Virus record (IMG/VR): IMGVR_UViG_3300018875_000001
Source of the DNA: a virus
Reading direction: 5' to 3' (one strand)
DNA length: 64,000 nucleotides
The translations under genes and the position numbers were made by a program. Under the pieces are notes generated by a model that saw only the letters and a list, made by a program, of their open reading frames with translations, was not told the origin of the DNA and did not search any database. The stretch's first letter is position 1; the number at the start of each line of letters is the position of its first letter. Below are positions 51,945 to 60,211 of this stretch, piece by piece.

Positions 51945-52778
51945 TTAGACTTCTCCTATTAAAGTCATCTCTTTTTGTCGCTGTTCATAGCGAATGGAGC
52001 AAGTCTTGTTGCAAAACGATAAATCTGAAGTAAGAATATGTCCACAACATTTGCAGGTACGAGCATTCTGCATCTGTTGATTGTATTCATCTGCATATAA
52101 AAATTTAAGTTCTCCCATACGGATACTTGCAGGACCGAAGATGACACGCTGATTGGAAGAACCAATAAACCAACCTTCATGCATATATGCATTGGTTGTT
52201 AAACGCTTATCTTGCTGATAATCACCGTCTACAATCATATCTATATAAAGCATGAGCTCCTTTACATCTTCTGGTGTTAAAATGGTAAATTCTGCTTTCT
52301 TAGCAGTAAGTGTCCAATTTGTTGTTATTGCCCGATCAAAGCACTGATAGGAATGAGAATACCTTAATAAAGCGTCAAACATGGCCTTTCCATGCTTTTC
52401 ACGAATCCATGTGAATTTCAACCCATACTTCATCAGAGTATCTAATTTATAAGCAGTGTACATTACAAAATGAAACGTAGGATCGATGTCTTTTAACCGT
52501 TTCGCTACTTTTGCAATAGCTCTGGCTTGAAGTATCGGTTCACCTCCACAGAATGTGACTTGCCGATTCCAAGCCGTTTTTACACATATATCGACTACTT
52601 CATCAATAGTCATTTCTCGATATAATCCTTCAAAAGTCCATGTACTCTCATTAAAGCAACCTTGACAGGGAGAAATGACTCCACGAATACAGCCTTTCGT
52701 GAAAAACTCTAACCGTTTTCCCGGCCCAGCTGTCGTTGTATCACGATTTACACCAATAAAACGTAAAATATCAGACAT
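51945..52778 (-). CDS. Radical-SAM activase of the NrdG / QueE-like 4Fe-4S family, with a C-terminal zinc ribbon
   Basis: GPGKRLEFFTKGCIRGVISPCQGCFNESTW (GPG.R...F..GC...C.GC.N pattern), VTFCGGEPILQ, C-terminal CKCCGH...CNKTC. Confidence 0.6.
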   Translation of the reverse strand: MSDILRFIGVNRDTTTAGPGKRLEFFTKGCIRGVISPCQGCFNESTWTFEGLYREMTIDEVVDICVKTAWNRQVTFCGGEPILQARAIAKVAKRLKDIDPTFHFVMYTAYKLDTLMKYGLKFTWIREKHGKAMFDALLRYSHSYQCFDRAITTNWTLTAKKAEFTILTPEDVKELMLYIDMIVDGDYQQDKRLTTNAYMHEGWFIGSSNQRVIFGPASIRMGELKFLYADEYNQQMQNARTCKCCGHILTSDLSFCNKTCSIRYEQRQKEMTLIGEV

Positions 52779-52792
52779 ATTTATTCACCTCA

Positions 52793-52806
52793 TGTAAGGC
52801 ATTACA
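52793..52806. promoter_or_regulatory. Palindrome variant TGTAAGGCATTACA upstream of the activase gene
   Basis: 13/14 match. Lies 14 nt upstream of ATG 52778, following terminator 52858-52898 and a TTGACT hexamer (reverse complement of 52834-52839). Confidence 0.45.
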
Positions 52807-52857
52807 ATGTAACGCCTTTCATAATGTTAGTATAGTCAAAAACTTGGGGAAATACAA

Positions 52858-52898
52858 GGGAAAAGCCACGAATTTTTGAGAAAAATTTTATTCGTGGC
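52858..52898 (-). terminator. Rho-independent terminator (U/A runs on both sides, possibly bidirectional)
   Basis: GCCACGAAT...ATTCGTGGC 9-bp stem (52865-52873 with 52890-52898), followed on the minus strand by TTTTCCC. Confidence 0.6.
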
Positions 52899-52917
52899 AA
52901 AAAAACTTAGAGATTTA

Positions 52918-53184
52918 TCATTCTTCTTCAAGTATTTCTTCTATTTGCTCTAAAATAAAATCATACAATTGTGTATCACTCATATGATTAATGTGACGAA
53001 ATTTAGTTTGGTACCCTGTTTTTTGATCAATTAAAATTAGTTCTACATTTTCTCCATATTCTTCAATGTCATCGTATGAGATTCCCTTGTGCGGAGGATG
53101 CTGCAGTAAAGAACAATTCACAGTGGTTTTGGCTACAATTTGAATAGAAAAGCGTTCATTGATGACTTCCCATAATTCATTCAT
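52918..53184 (-). CDS. hypothetical acidic protein
   Basis: In-operon ORF overlapping the upstream stop. Confidence 0.45.
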   Translation of the reverse strand: MNELWEVINERFSIQIVAKTTVNCSLLQHPPHKGISYDDIEEYGENVELILIDQKTGYQTKFRHINHMSDTQLYDFILEQIEEILEEE

Positions 53185-53366
53185 TGTAGCAATGTCACCT
53201 TACCTAAACGAAATGACAATTCTTTTTGAACTTCTTTCGCTTTTTCTATTTGAGATTGAACATAATCCCAATTTCGAAGTTTCACTCCATCTTTCGCTCG
53301 TGTTAAGCAATCATCTAAAAGAGTCAACAAGTGTTCATTATTAAGATTTTGAAATTTTTTATGCAT
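53181..53366 (-). CDS. hypothetical 61-aa protein
   Basis: SD TAGGAGGGAGTTTGT. Confidence 0.45.
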   Translation of the reverse strand: MHKKFQNLNNEHLLTLLDDCLTRAKDGVKLRNWDYVQSQIEKAKEVQKELSFRLGKVTLLQ

Positions 53367-53412
53367 ACAAACTCCCTCCTAGAATCTCTTTATATGACAT
53401 CAATACAATGTA

Positions 53413-53448
53413 TGAAAAGAAAAAGGCTCACATGACTGCGAGCCTTTT
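53413..53448 (-). terminator. Rho-independent terminator (minus strand)
   Basis: AAGGCTC...GAGCCTT stem followed by TTTTTCTTTT on the minus strand. Confidence 0.7.
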
Positions 53449-53450
53449 TA

Positions 53451-53738
53451 TTATATATGATGATAAATCATCTCTTTTTCTTCTTCAGTAATTTCTATGG
53501 ATTGAAACCCAAATTCGGTTGAAAAAGTCAGCGGCTTTGTTGTGACCATTGTGCCAAAATGATTCACAAGTACCCCAGGCTCTACAGTAACTGGTTCACA
53601 CCAATCTTCTTCATCATGACGAATATCATAGTAAAACAACCCTTCTTGTCGTTCATCTGAAGGAATCCGCAACGATGTTACATGCACAACCGGAACACCA
53701 CGAAAATAAAATAATATTGTACGATCGGTGGCAATCAT
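53451..53738 (-). CDS. hypothetical protein
   Basis: In-operon ORF. No motif recognised. Confidence 0.45.
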   Translation of the reverse strand: MIATDRTILFYFRGVPVVHVTSLRIPSDERQEGLFYYDIRHDEEDWCEPVTVEPGVLVNHFGTMVTTKPLTFSTEFGFQSIEITEEEKEMIYHHI

Positions 53739-53752
53739 GTTATACCTGCTGA

Positions 53753-54442
53753 TTATTTCATGGTAATGGACAGCTTTTGTTCTTCCGGGATATATTCGAG
53801 GAAATCCGGAAGTCGATTAAAGTATGAATCCGCTAACTCTCGTTCGACTTCTAATCGAATTTCGCCTTCTCGCTTTTTAGTGATCTTTCCTTTTGGACTT
53901 GCGGCAATTTCTTCTTGAATCCGTTTTTGAGCTTCCTGTTCTACTCGATTATGAAAATCATTGAGATAAGCATTTTGCAACAGTGTCGTATCTAATTCTG
54001 GTGCTTTAAGGAATTTTTCTAATTGACCGTGTTCTTGCAAGAAAGCACGAGCTTTATCTTTATCAATGACTTTTACTCTTGGTGCAGAACGACGTAAAGC
54101 AGCTGTTCCAATATCCAATGACAATTTTTCACCGTTATTGACTTCCTTTAAATACTTTTCAATAAAACGGTTGATATTCTCAATTTCCTTTTCCTTATTT
54201 TTAATTTTTGTATTCCAGTCATCAATGATTGCATCCCGAAGAATGATTAAACGTTCAGCTTCTTTTTCAAGATGTTTCCGGGCTAACATCATTTTTCGGA
54301 TACGAATTTCATCCATTGGTGTTGGTGTATATCCTTTTTCTTGATTAAACGCCTCCATCATCTGTTGCATCAGTTCTGCAACATTAATATCTTTTGCTTC
54401 TTCTGCAAAGGCTTCATATAACTTTGGATTGGCTGCTGTCAT
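53753..54442 (-). CDS. Mu Gam-like / Gp157-like coiled-coil protein (tentative)
   Basis: N-terminal long helix, then KLSLDIGTAALRRSAPRVKVIDKDKARAFLQEHGQLEKFLKAPELDTTLL, which resembles the Gam-like core (K.....G....R.......d.......l...g...f.k....d...l). SD CAAGGGGGAATTTAAA. Confidence 0.35.
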   Translation of the reverse strand: MTAANPKLYEAFAEEAKDINVAELMQQMMEAFNQEKGYTPTPMDEIRIRKMMLARKHLEKEAERLIILRDAIIDDWNTKIKNKEKEIENINRFIEKYLKEVNNGEKLSLDIGTAALRRSAPRVKVIDKDKARAFLQEHGQLEKFLKAPELDTTLLQNAYLNDFHNRVEQEAQKRIQEEIAASPKGKITKKREGEIRLEVERELADSYFNRLPDFLEYIPEEQKLSITMK

Positions 54443-54459
54443 TTTAAATTCCCCCTTGA

Positions 54460-54693
54460 TTAAGATTCAATGATTTCAGTAGAAACAATATAAGTATTGT
54501 CTTCATCAAAGAAAAATTCATCCGTGTGATCATAACCATTCACAATATCCCGGCTAATGACCACACCGTCACAAACTATGTCACCATGAACTGTTAATTT
54601 ATCCACTAAGTCTTCTGGTTGAACTTCTGCATCTTTTAAATTGTAGTACCGTAAAGCGATGTCTAACACGACACGAAGTTTTTTCTCAGCCAT
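54460..54693 (-). CDS. hypothetical 77-aa protein
   Basis: SD GAAGGAGTGGAATCAA. Preceded by a CCCTCCGGG element inside the upstream CDS. Confidence 0.5.
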   Translation of the reverse strand: MAEKKLRVVLDIALRYYNLKDAEVQPEDLVDKLTVHGDIVCDGVVISRDIVNGYDHTDEFFFDEDNTYIVSTEIIES

Positions 54694-55102
54694 TTGATTC
54701 CACTCCTTCTTCTTCGTTTTCCTCTTGATTTTCCGCTAAATCCCCCGGAGGGGTAGAAGAAAAAGCTCCTTCTGATTTTAAAATACCAATAATGTCGTCA
54801 ATGATTTCCCATCCTGTCTGAACAGAACTATCTTTAATCCAATCACTACGTTTTTTGACAGCATCAATATGAGATTCTGTTGGTTCAATTCCATTTTGCT
54901 GTAACATAGAGGCAATATCTTCACGATGCCATCTGATAACAGCCACTGTATCTGGATCATTAGAAATAATTTCATAAGAATGAGATTCTAAGATATTTTC
55001 CACTTTACGTAACATTTCACCCCATAATTCCTGATCATCTATTGGAATCCCATAAGAAGATAGAGCACTTAAAACTTGAATAGCTACTTGTTGACTCATC
55101 AT
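54686..55102 (-). CDS. hypothetical protein
   Basis: ATG 55102 after AAAGGAGGTTTT. Confidence 0.5.
   Translation of the reverse strand: MMSQQVAIQVLSALSSYGIPIDDQELWGEMLRKVENILESHSYEIISNDPDTVAVIRWHREDIASMLQQNGIEPTESHIDAVKKRSDWIKDSSVQTGWEIIDDIIGILKSEGAFSSTPPGDLAENQEENEEEGVESNG
54742..54753 (-). promoter_or_regulatory. CCCCTCCGGGGG hairpin element (within the 3' end of CDS 54686-55102)
   Basis: Minus strand reads CTA-CCCCTCCGGGGG-ATTTAGCGGAAAATC, about 50 nt before ATG 54693. Confidence 0.4.
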
Positions 55103-55112
55103 AAAACCTCCT

Positions 55113-55553
55113 TTAGAATTCACCATTAAAAATAAATTCAATCTGCCCAGAAGACTCATATCTTTCTTCCATAAAGCGCACCATTGTATCAATCATTTCT
55201 AAAAAGTAAAAATCATGAGTTTGTTGAAATTCTCTTTGTGCTTCATCTAATGGTGAACCGAAACTTATGGCTTCGCCAATTACATTTCCTTCACTATCAT
55301 GGTATAAAGTCTGACCTTCATACTGTTGTGGAAGTTCTATAAATTCTTTGAATAACTGATCAAAATTGCGGCTTTTCAAATATTCTTTTAACGCCGGTAC
55401 ATCATCCATAGTTAATGTCAATGAATCACCATAATCATCATAACTATAAGATCCTAATCCTAGCTCTTCATAAATTCGACCCTGTTCACTACTTTGACGT
55501 GCAAATACATACTTCCATACGTATTCACCATCGCAATAAATATAACGACCCAT
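55113..55553 (-). CDS. hypothetical protein
   Basis: SD AAGGAGGAAATCAA. Confidence 0.5.
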   Translation of the reverse strand: MGRYIYCDGEYVWKYVFARQSSEQGRIYEELGLGSYSYDDYGDSLTLTMDDVPALKEYLKSRNFDQLFKEFIELPQQYEGQTLYHDSEGNVIGEAISFGSPLDEAQREFQQTHDFYFLEMIDTMVRFMEERYESSGQIEFIFNGEF

Positions 55554-55572
55554 TTGATTTCCTCCTTAATTA

Positions 55573-55586
55573 AGTAATGCATTACT
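55573..55586. promoter_or_regulatory. Palindrome variant AGTAATGCATTACT (outer pair swapped symmetrically)
   Basis: Overlaps the stop of 55582-55851. Lies 7 nt upstream of the SD of 55113-55553. Confidence 0.45.
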
Positions 55587-55851
55587 TTATTTCTCTTTCG
55601 TGTATTGTAAAATACACATACGTTCCGTAATATATTGATTTATCCTCATGGACTTTCACATGAGGATATTGTTTTTGAAAGTGTTCTACATCTTGAATGC
55701 TCAATATACAAAGAGGTACGCCTGTTACAGACACACGAGTATTTCCAGACCATCCTTCTTTTTGTAGTTTTCGAATATTTTCATGCATTTCTTCCACATC
55801 ATTGTGAAACACTTCAATGACTTCCTTATGACGTTTCTGAACAATCTGCAT
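55582..55851 (-). CDS. hypothetical protein
   Basis: SD CAAGGAGAAGGAAT. Confidence 0.5.
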   Translation of the reverse strand: MQIVQKRHKEVIEVFHNDVEEMHENIRKLQKEGWSGNTRVSVTGVPLCILSIQDVEHFQKQYPHVKVHEDKSIYYGTYVYFTIHEREIK

Positions 55852-55906
55852 ATTCCTTCTCCTTGTTTAACTGAATTATCCATTTTCCACTTCTTTTTGG
55901 GTATAT

Positions 55907-56380
55907 TTATCCTTTTTTCGCTCCCTTAACGACGGGTACAATATGTTTTTTATCTTTATCAATGGTCATTTCAGTGCGTTCACTAGAAAGTTCTGGGAAA
56001 TCTCCTTCTAGAAATTCCCGTACTTCTTCTAATGTCATGTTATCTTTTGGAACAGGAATTTTGTGTCCTGCATAATACACTGTAAATTCTGCGCCAACCG
56101 TTTCTATTGTTTTTGCTTTAGATGTTGTTTTTTTGATTTCTGCTTTTGTTTCTTTTTTCTCTTTTTTACTTGATGATGATTTTTCAGTCTTTTTTGTGGA
56201 AACTGGTTGTATATCCCCAAACAAGTCCAATTGTTGATCTTCTTCAGGAACTTCAATATCATCATCAATGTCATCTAAATCAGGAGCTTTGGTTTCTTGT
56301 GATTCATCCTCCGGCTCTGTTTGATATACCTGGATGTTTTGGTTTTGTTGTTCTTGTTCTTTTTCAAATTCCATGTTCAT
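55907..56380 (-). CDS. Ubiquitin-like (Prok_Ub / PRTRC protein C-like) protein ending in Gly, with a ~95-aa acidic then Lys/Ser-rich N-terminal extension
   Basis: C-terminal ~60 aa: FTVYYAGHKIPVPKDNMTLEEVREFLEGDFPELSSERTEMTIDKDKKHIVPVVKGAKKG*. This fits the prokaryotic Ubl pattern (f.y.G..l.dP...mt.eeV...y...yPeL......v....G.KG-end). SD TAGGAGGTATTACT. Confidence 0.55.
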   Translation of the reverse strand: MNMEFEKEQEQQNQNIQVYQTEPEDESQETKAPDLDDIDDDIEVPEEDQQLDLFGDIQPVSTKKTEKSSSSKKEKKETKAEIKKTTSKAKTIETVGAEFTVYYAGHKIPVPKDNMTLEEVREFLEGDFPELSSERTEMTIDKDKKHIVPVVKGAKKG

Positions 56381-56402
56381 AGTAATACCTCCTAATGATT
56401 TA

Positions 56403-57086
56403 CTAATTTATAATTGACTCTGCCCATTCGTGAAAAGTCAAATTCTGAGGGGCAGGACGTAAAATACTGTAATCAAAAGGTTTTCCTTGTGATTCCTCAA
56501 GCAATTGTCGAAGTGGCTTACTGGTTAAATTTACTTGTCTCGGAAAATACAAGTGATCATTAAATGGCGTATGAAGCCATCGGTGTGGAAAGGTCTGTAG
56601 CTGAACTAAATCTTTAACAGTTTCATCACTGTAATAGCACATACGACCATTTTCGTATACGTTGGAATACGGATAGCGATAAAGCTTAGTATCATCTCGT
56701 AAAAAACGGTCTTTGTAAGCAAACACTTGGCGATTAGAAACTCGCTGATTTTTTACCGCAAAGAAAAACACCAAATTAGGAAACGGAACGTCTTGAAACA
56801 CGCTTTGATGGTATTGAACAGTCGCTGTTGTTTCCGGATACGAAAGAAATACTAAATGGGATTCATCGCTTTTCTTTGCATATTTGACAGTATTTAGAGG
56901 CAATGATGGACTAATTAAAATCGGTTTTGCCGGTTCCTCTTTTGGTTCATTGTAATCCTCTACCAATGAAGATAATAAAAGTTCTGCTAATTGCTGCAAA
57001 GTAAGATGTAACGTTCTTTGTATTCCATTTTCCTCAAGCTCTACTTTAGCTAATTCCAGATTATCAAGTGTAATCACTGCTTTCAT
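56403..57086 (-). CDS. UBC-like E2 (Prok-E2 / PRTRC protein B-like) with a candidate catalytic Cys
   Basis: VPFPNLVFFFAV...TKLYRYPYSNVYENGRMCYYS parallels the eukaryotic E2 HPN(I/V)xxxGxICL block. ...HRWLHTPFNDH follows. ATG 57086 after CAGGAGGGATTATT. ATGA overlap with the upstream gene. Confidence 0.6.
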   Translation of the reverse strand: MKAVITLDNLELAKVELEENGIQRTLHLTLQQLAELLLSSLVEDYNEPKEEPAKPILISPSLPLNTVKYAKKSDESHLVFLSYPETTATVQYHQSVFQDVPFPNLVFFFAVKNQRVSNRQVFAYKDRFLRDDTKLYRYPYSNVYENGRMCYYSDETVKDLVQLQTFPHRWLHTPFNDHLYFPRQVNLTSKPLRQLLEESQGKPFDYSILRPAPQNLTFHEWAESIIN

Positions 57087-57586
57087 AATAATCCCTCCTG
57101 CATAGAGGATGATAATGATTCTTGAGTGTTTTGTGTGGCTTTTTGAATATCCTGTTGAATTTGACTTAAAGCCATCCATAAATTTGACAACAAGCTCGAA
57201 AACATAGGGGTGCTATAATATTCAATCGTAAAATATCCGTCTTCTTGCCAATCCCCTTCAAAATCTTCGTAGTATAAACCTGAAGTTTGAACAGCATTTT
57301 TTATGGTTTCTTTTACTTGGGAAACCAGTATTTCTGGTATCATAGTCCAATCAAATAGAAAAGCAATTTCATAACAATGAGGGGTATCTGGTTCGTTTTT
57401 TGCTCGGAAAAAACGAAAACGATGTTCTAATCGTGTGATCGCCCGAAGAAAAAAGTCTTCACCATTAATGCTTTGGTGTTTATCTGTTATATAATCTTCT
57501 CCAAGGTCATATAGAAATTTCATCATCATGACAACATCAATGGTTTCTGCAATTTCGTATCGTTCTTCTTCATAAAGAAGACTCAA
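57083..57586 (-). CDS. hypothetical protein of the E1-E2 cassette
   Basis: ATGA overlaps at both ends. No JAB (HxH...SxxD) or other motif recognised. Confidence 0.55.
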   Translation of the reverse strand: MSLLYEEERYEIAETIDVVMMMKFLYDLGEDYITDKHQSINGEDFFLRAITRLEHRFRFFRAKNEPDTPHCYEIAFLFDWTMIPEILVSQVKETIKNAVQTSGLYYEDFEGDWQEDGYFTIEYYSTPMFSSLLSNLWMALSQIQQDIQKATQNTQESLSSSMQEGLL

Positions 57587-57924
57587 AAGAATGCAACCTC
57601 CCTTCTTACGGTAGGCATCTGGCCTAAGTATTGAATAATATCTTCAATCTGAAACGATTGAACCCCAATATGATCCCAATCCTCGTCATAAGCTCCTGCT
57701 TCATAGGAAGGCCAATACATCACCATATCTAATATCCATTCCAATTCTTCCTGGGTAACAGATTGAAGAAATTCATCTGTAATGTTTTCCCTCCTCATGA
57801 TTTCTCGGTACAATCGGAGTATGCGATAATTGATTTTACGCTCTTGATCTGAATAACGATTATTAGCCGACTGTAAAGATTCCATAAATCTAGAAAAATC
57901 AAACCGCTTTTGCTTGTTTTTCAT
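57583..57924 (-). CDS. hypothetical protein of the E1-E2 cassette
   Basis: SD GAGGTGGTCTTCAG. Overlaps the E1 gene's 3' end by 26 nt. Confidence 0.55.
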   Translation of the reverse strand: MKNKQKRFDFSRFMESLQSANNRYSDQERKINYRILRLYREIMRRENITDEFLQSVTQEELEWILDMVMYWPSYEAGAYDEDWDHIGVQSFQIEDIIQYLGQMPTVRREVAFF

Positions 57925-58762
57925 CTGAAGACCACCTCATCATTTGTTGCTCCTCAATATACATAGGACGCATTAACATGGTTTGAGCATTGAAATTAAC
58001 ATAGTGTGACATAATCATGGATTCAGACAAAAGCATATTCAAATAACTCATCATTACAAGTGCAGCAGTTTCATTGGTTTGCATGCGCTGCGGATAATAC
58101 AAAACTTGTTCTCCACATGCTTGCGTAGGCAAACGAGAATCGGTGTCTTCTAAAATATCCGGATATACCATTCCTACAGGTTCCAAAATTAATTGAGAAT
58201 ACCATTTGAATCCACATACAACTTGACCGGAGTATCCCATCTTCCGCTGAACCGAAGGAATTTCCTCTGGGTTCACGGAGTCAATTCCACTATCGATATA
58301 AACAATGGTTGACATTTTTTCAAATAGTTGATGCATAATTTGACGGGTAGCATTATTATCCACACACCCCAATAAAACAGGAATGTCCACATAAAAATGG
58401 GAACGATGATAAGAAAATAAATCCTGCAATTCCTTTACCTGTTCGATATAAGAAGCCCGATAATGGATCGGGATTCCATATGCATTACTGTAACGATTGG
58501 CTAACACTTCTACTTTAGGAAGTCCTATATCTTGCTCAATAAAAGGCTGACGGTATACATTTTTCGGTTCTACCTGATCTCCGTCTACAATGACATAGCG
58601 ATATGAAAATAATTCATTTTGCTGTGATAAGCTATACAATAATTTGGAAAGGCGTTGCAATAAGTAACCTCCATTTCCACCTGTGCCAATTTGAATAATC
58701 TCAAAATGAAAATATTTATTTTGAGCAATGCGATCCCGCAATGAAATAACAGGTCGATGCAT
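57899..58762 (-). CDS. ThiF/MoeB/E1-like adenylyltransferase
   Basis: IQIGTGGNGGYLLQRL (GxGGxG nucleotide loop), IVDGDQVEPKNVYRQPF (D.D.V..sN..RQ), LLGCVDNNATR. 287 aa, adenylation domain only. SD GAGGAGGTAAGGGG. Confidence 0.75.
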   Translation of the reverse strand: MHRPVISLRDRIAQNKYFHFEIIQIGTGGNGGYLLQRLSKLLYSLSQQNELFSYRYVIVDGDQVEPKNVYRQPFIEQDIGLPKVEVLANRYSNAYGIPIHYRASYIEQVKELQDLFSYHRSHFYVDIPVLLGCVDNNATRQIMHQLFEKMSTIVYIDSGIDSVNPEEIPSVQRKMGYSGQVVCGFKWYSQLILEPVGMVYPDILEDTDSRLPTQACGEQVLYYPQRMQTNETAALVMMSYLNMLLSESMIMSHYVNFNAQTMLMRPMYIEEQQMMRWSSDEKQAKAV

Positions 58763-58774
58763 CCCCTTACCTCC

Positions 58775-59422
58775 TCAGTTGGTTTTCCGATGTGTCTCCC
58801 CTTTTCTCTTTCGAATAACAGTTAAGCGTCGTTGAGTTCCTTTTTCTGGACGACCTAATCGACGTGCAATCTCACGATAATTCATACCACTTTGCCACCA
58901 AAACCAAGCTGCTTCATCTTCCTCCTGTGTCCAATTCGTAGGACGTTTTACCTGTTTTGCTTTTGTGATTTCTTCATCTAGCCATTTTGGTTCTGGGAGA
59001 ATGATTCCTCGTTTGATATGTGCAAAATTTACTCGTTCTTTATGTAATTCGATCCATTTCCATAAATCATAGGGATCAATGAAATAACGATATCGCTTAT
59101 CTGATTTTGTTACTTTATGTAATTGTTTGGCTTTTAGACCAAAATGGCAAATCCATTGAATCACGGTGCGATGATTGACACCAAGAGCTTCTGCTACTTG
59201 TGGAGGAGATAAAAGACCACCTGCAAGATTCATATCTTGAAATCCCATTAATTCTTTATACTTTTGATGGATGGCCTCTTTACTGCGTTTTAAATGTCTT
59301 ATAAGATAGCTCATACTTTTTATTCCATATGATTCCAATAAAAACTCTTTATCCTTATCGCTCCATATCCTTTTCTGATTGAGATAAGAATGTTTCTTTG
59401 ACTGCTGCAAGAGATTCACCAA
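58775..59422 (-). CDS. DNA-binding protein with two Myb/SANT-like repeats flanking an HTH
   Basis: RIWSDKDKEFLLESYG..., LSPPQVAEALGVNHRTVIQWI, NWTQEEDEAAWFWWQSGMNYREIARRLGR. The start is uncertain because the ORF overlaps the upstream ORF by 68 nt. Confidence 0.5.
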   Translation of the reverse strand: MVNLLQQSKKHSYLNQKRIWSDKDKEFLLESYGIKSMSYLIRHLKRSKEAIHQKYKELMGFQDMNLAGGLLSPPQVAEALGVNHRTVIQWICHFGLKAKQLHKVTKSDKRYRYFIDPYDLWKWIELHKERVNFAHIKRGIILPEPKWLDEEITKAKQVKRPTNWTQEEDEAAWFWWQSGMNYREIARRLGRPEKGTQRRLTVIRKRKGETHRKTN

Positions 59423-59723
59423 TCCTTTTTTCTACATGCTTCATCATTTCCATTTGTTGATATTGTAATAATTTCTCCATGCTATGATAAATCGTCTTTT
59501 CTATATTAAGCATTTCTTGATGCTGCTGAACATGATCTTTTTGAAGTTGGAAAGATTCTAATTGAATATCAATATTTTTCTTTGATAGCTCGATATACTC
59601 CCGCATCAGTTCATTGTTTTCTTCTTGTGCTTTTGCCATACGATGAATCGCTTTAATTAAGTCCGGCAATTGTTGATCAAAAAATCGACGACCATATCCT
59701 GTATTATGAAATGGAATACTCAT
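59355..59723 (-). CDS. hypothetical coiled-coil protein
   Basis: SD AAAAGGAGTGACAATAG. Confidence 0.5.
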   Translation of the reverse strand: MSIPFHNTGYGRRFFDQQLPDLIKAIHRMAKAQEENNELMREYIELSKKNIDIQLESFQLQKDHVQQHQEMLNIEKTIYHSMEKLLQYQQMEMMKHVEKRIGESLAAVKETFLSQSEKDMER

Positions 59724-59740
59724 CTATTGTCACTCCTTTT

Positions 59741-60199
59741 TTAATCTTCTAGTACAACTGCGAAATTAGACATAGATATATTATGTTCGGATGATTTCTC
59801 TAAAAGAGAAGGATCTTGAGGGCAAATAGCCTCCCATAAATAATAACGTATATCTATAGAACATTGATATTGATCGGCTAAACGTTGAGAAAATTGACAG
59901 ATATCAGAATGATGGTTTTTAAAAGTATCTAATTTTGAAAACTGTAATTCCCATATGAGTGTATTTTCCTCAAAATATAAATCAGTTACATGAACACCCG
60001 AGATCGCTTTAATAAATTTATTCAATTGCGGTCGAACTTTTCTTATTAAAGCCTTTCCTTCTAAATTATAGTGAGGAAATAAACCTATTGAAAGTTCTTT
60101 CACGCTTTCCTCCAAAGGTTTTTCACCCGATAAGGATTTAATAAGTATATCCATAACCTCATAATCCTTCAACTTGGCATCATTAAGAGTCAATGGCAT
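59741..60199 (-). CDS. hypothetical protein
   Basis: SD TAGGGAGGAAAATAT. Confidence 0.5.
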   Translation of the reverse strand: MPLTLNDAKLKDYEVMDILIKSLSGEKPLEESVKELSIGLFPHYNLEGKALIRKVRPQLNKFIKAISGVHVTDLYFEENTLIWELQFSKLDTFKNHHSDICQFSQRLADQYQCSIDIRYYLWEAICPQDPSLLEKSSEHNISMSNFAVVLED

Positions 60200-60211
60200 A
60201 TATTTTCCTCC

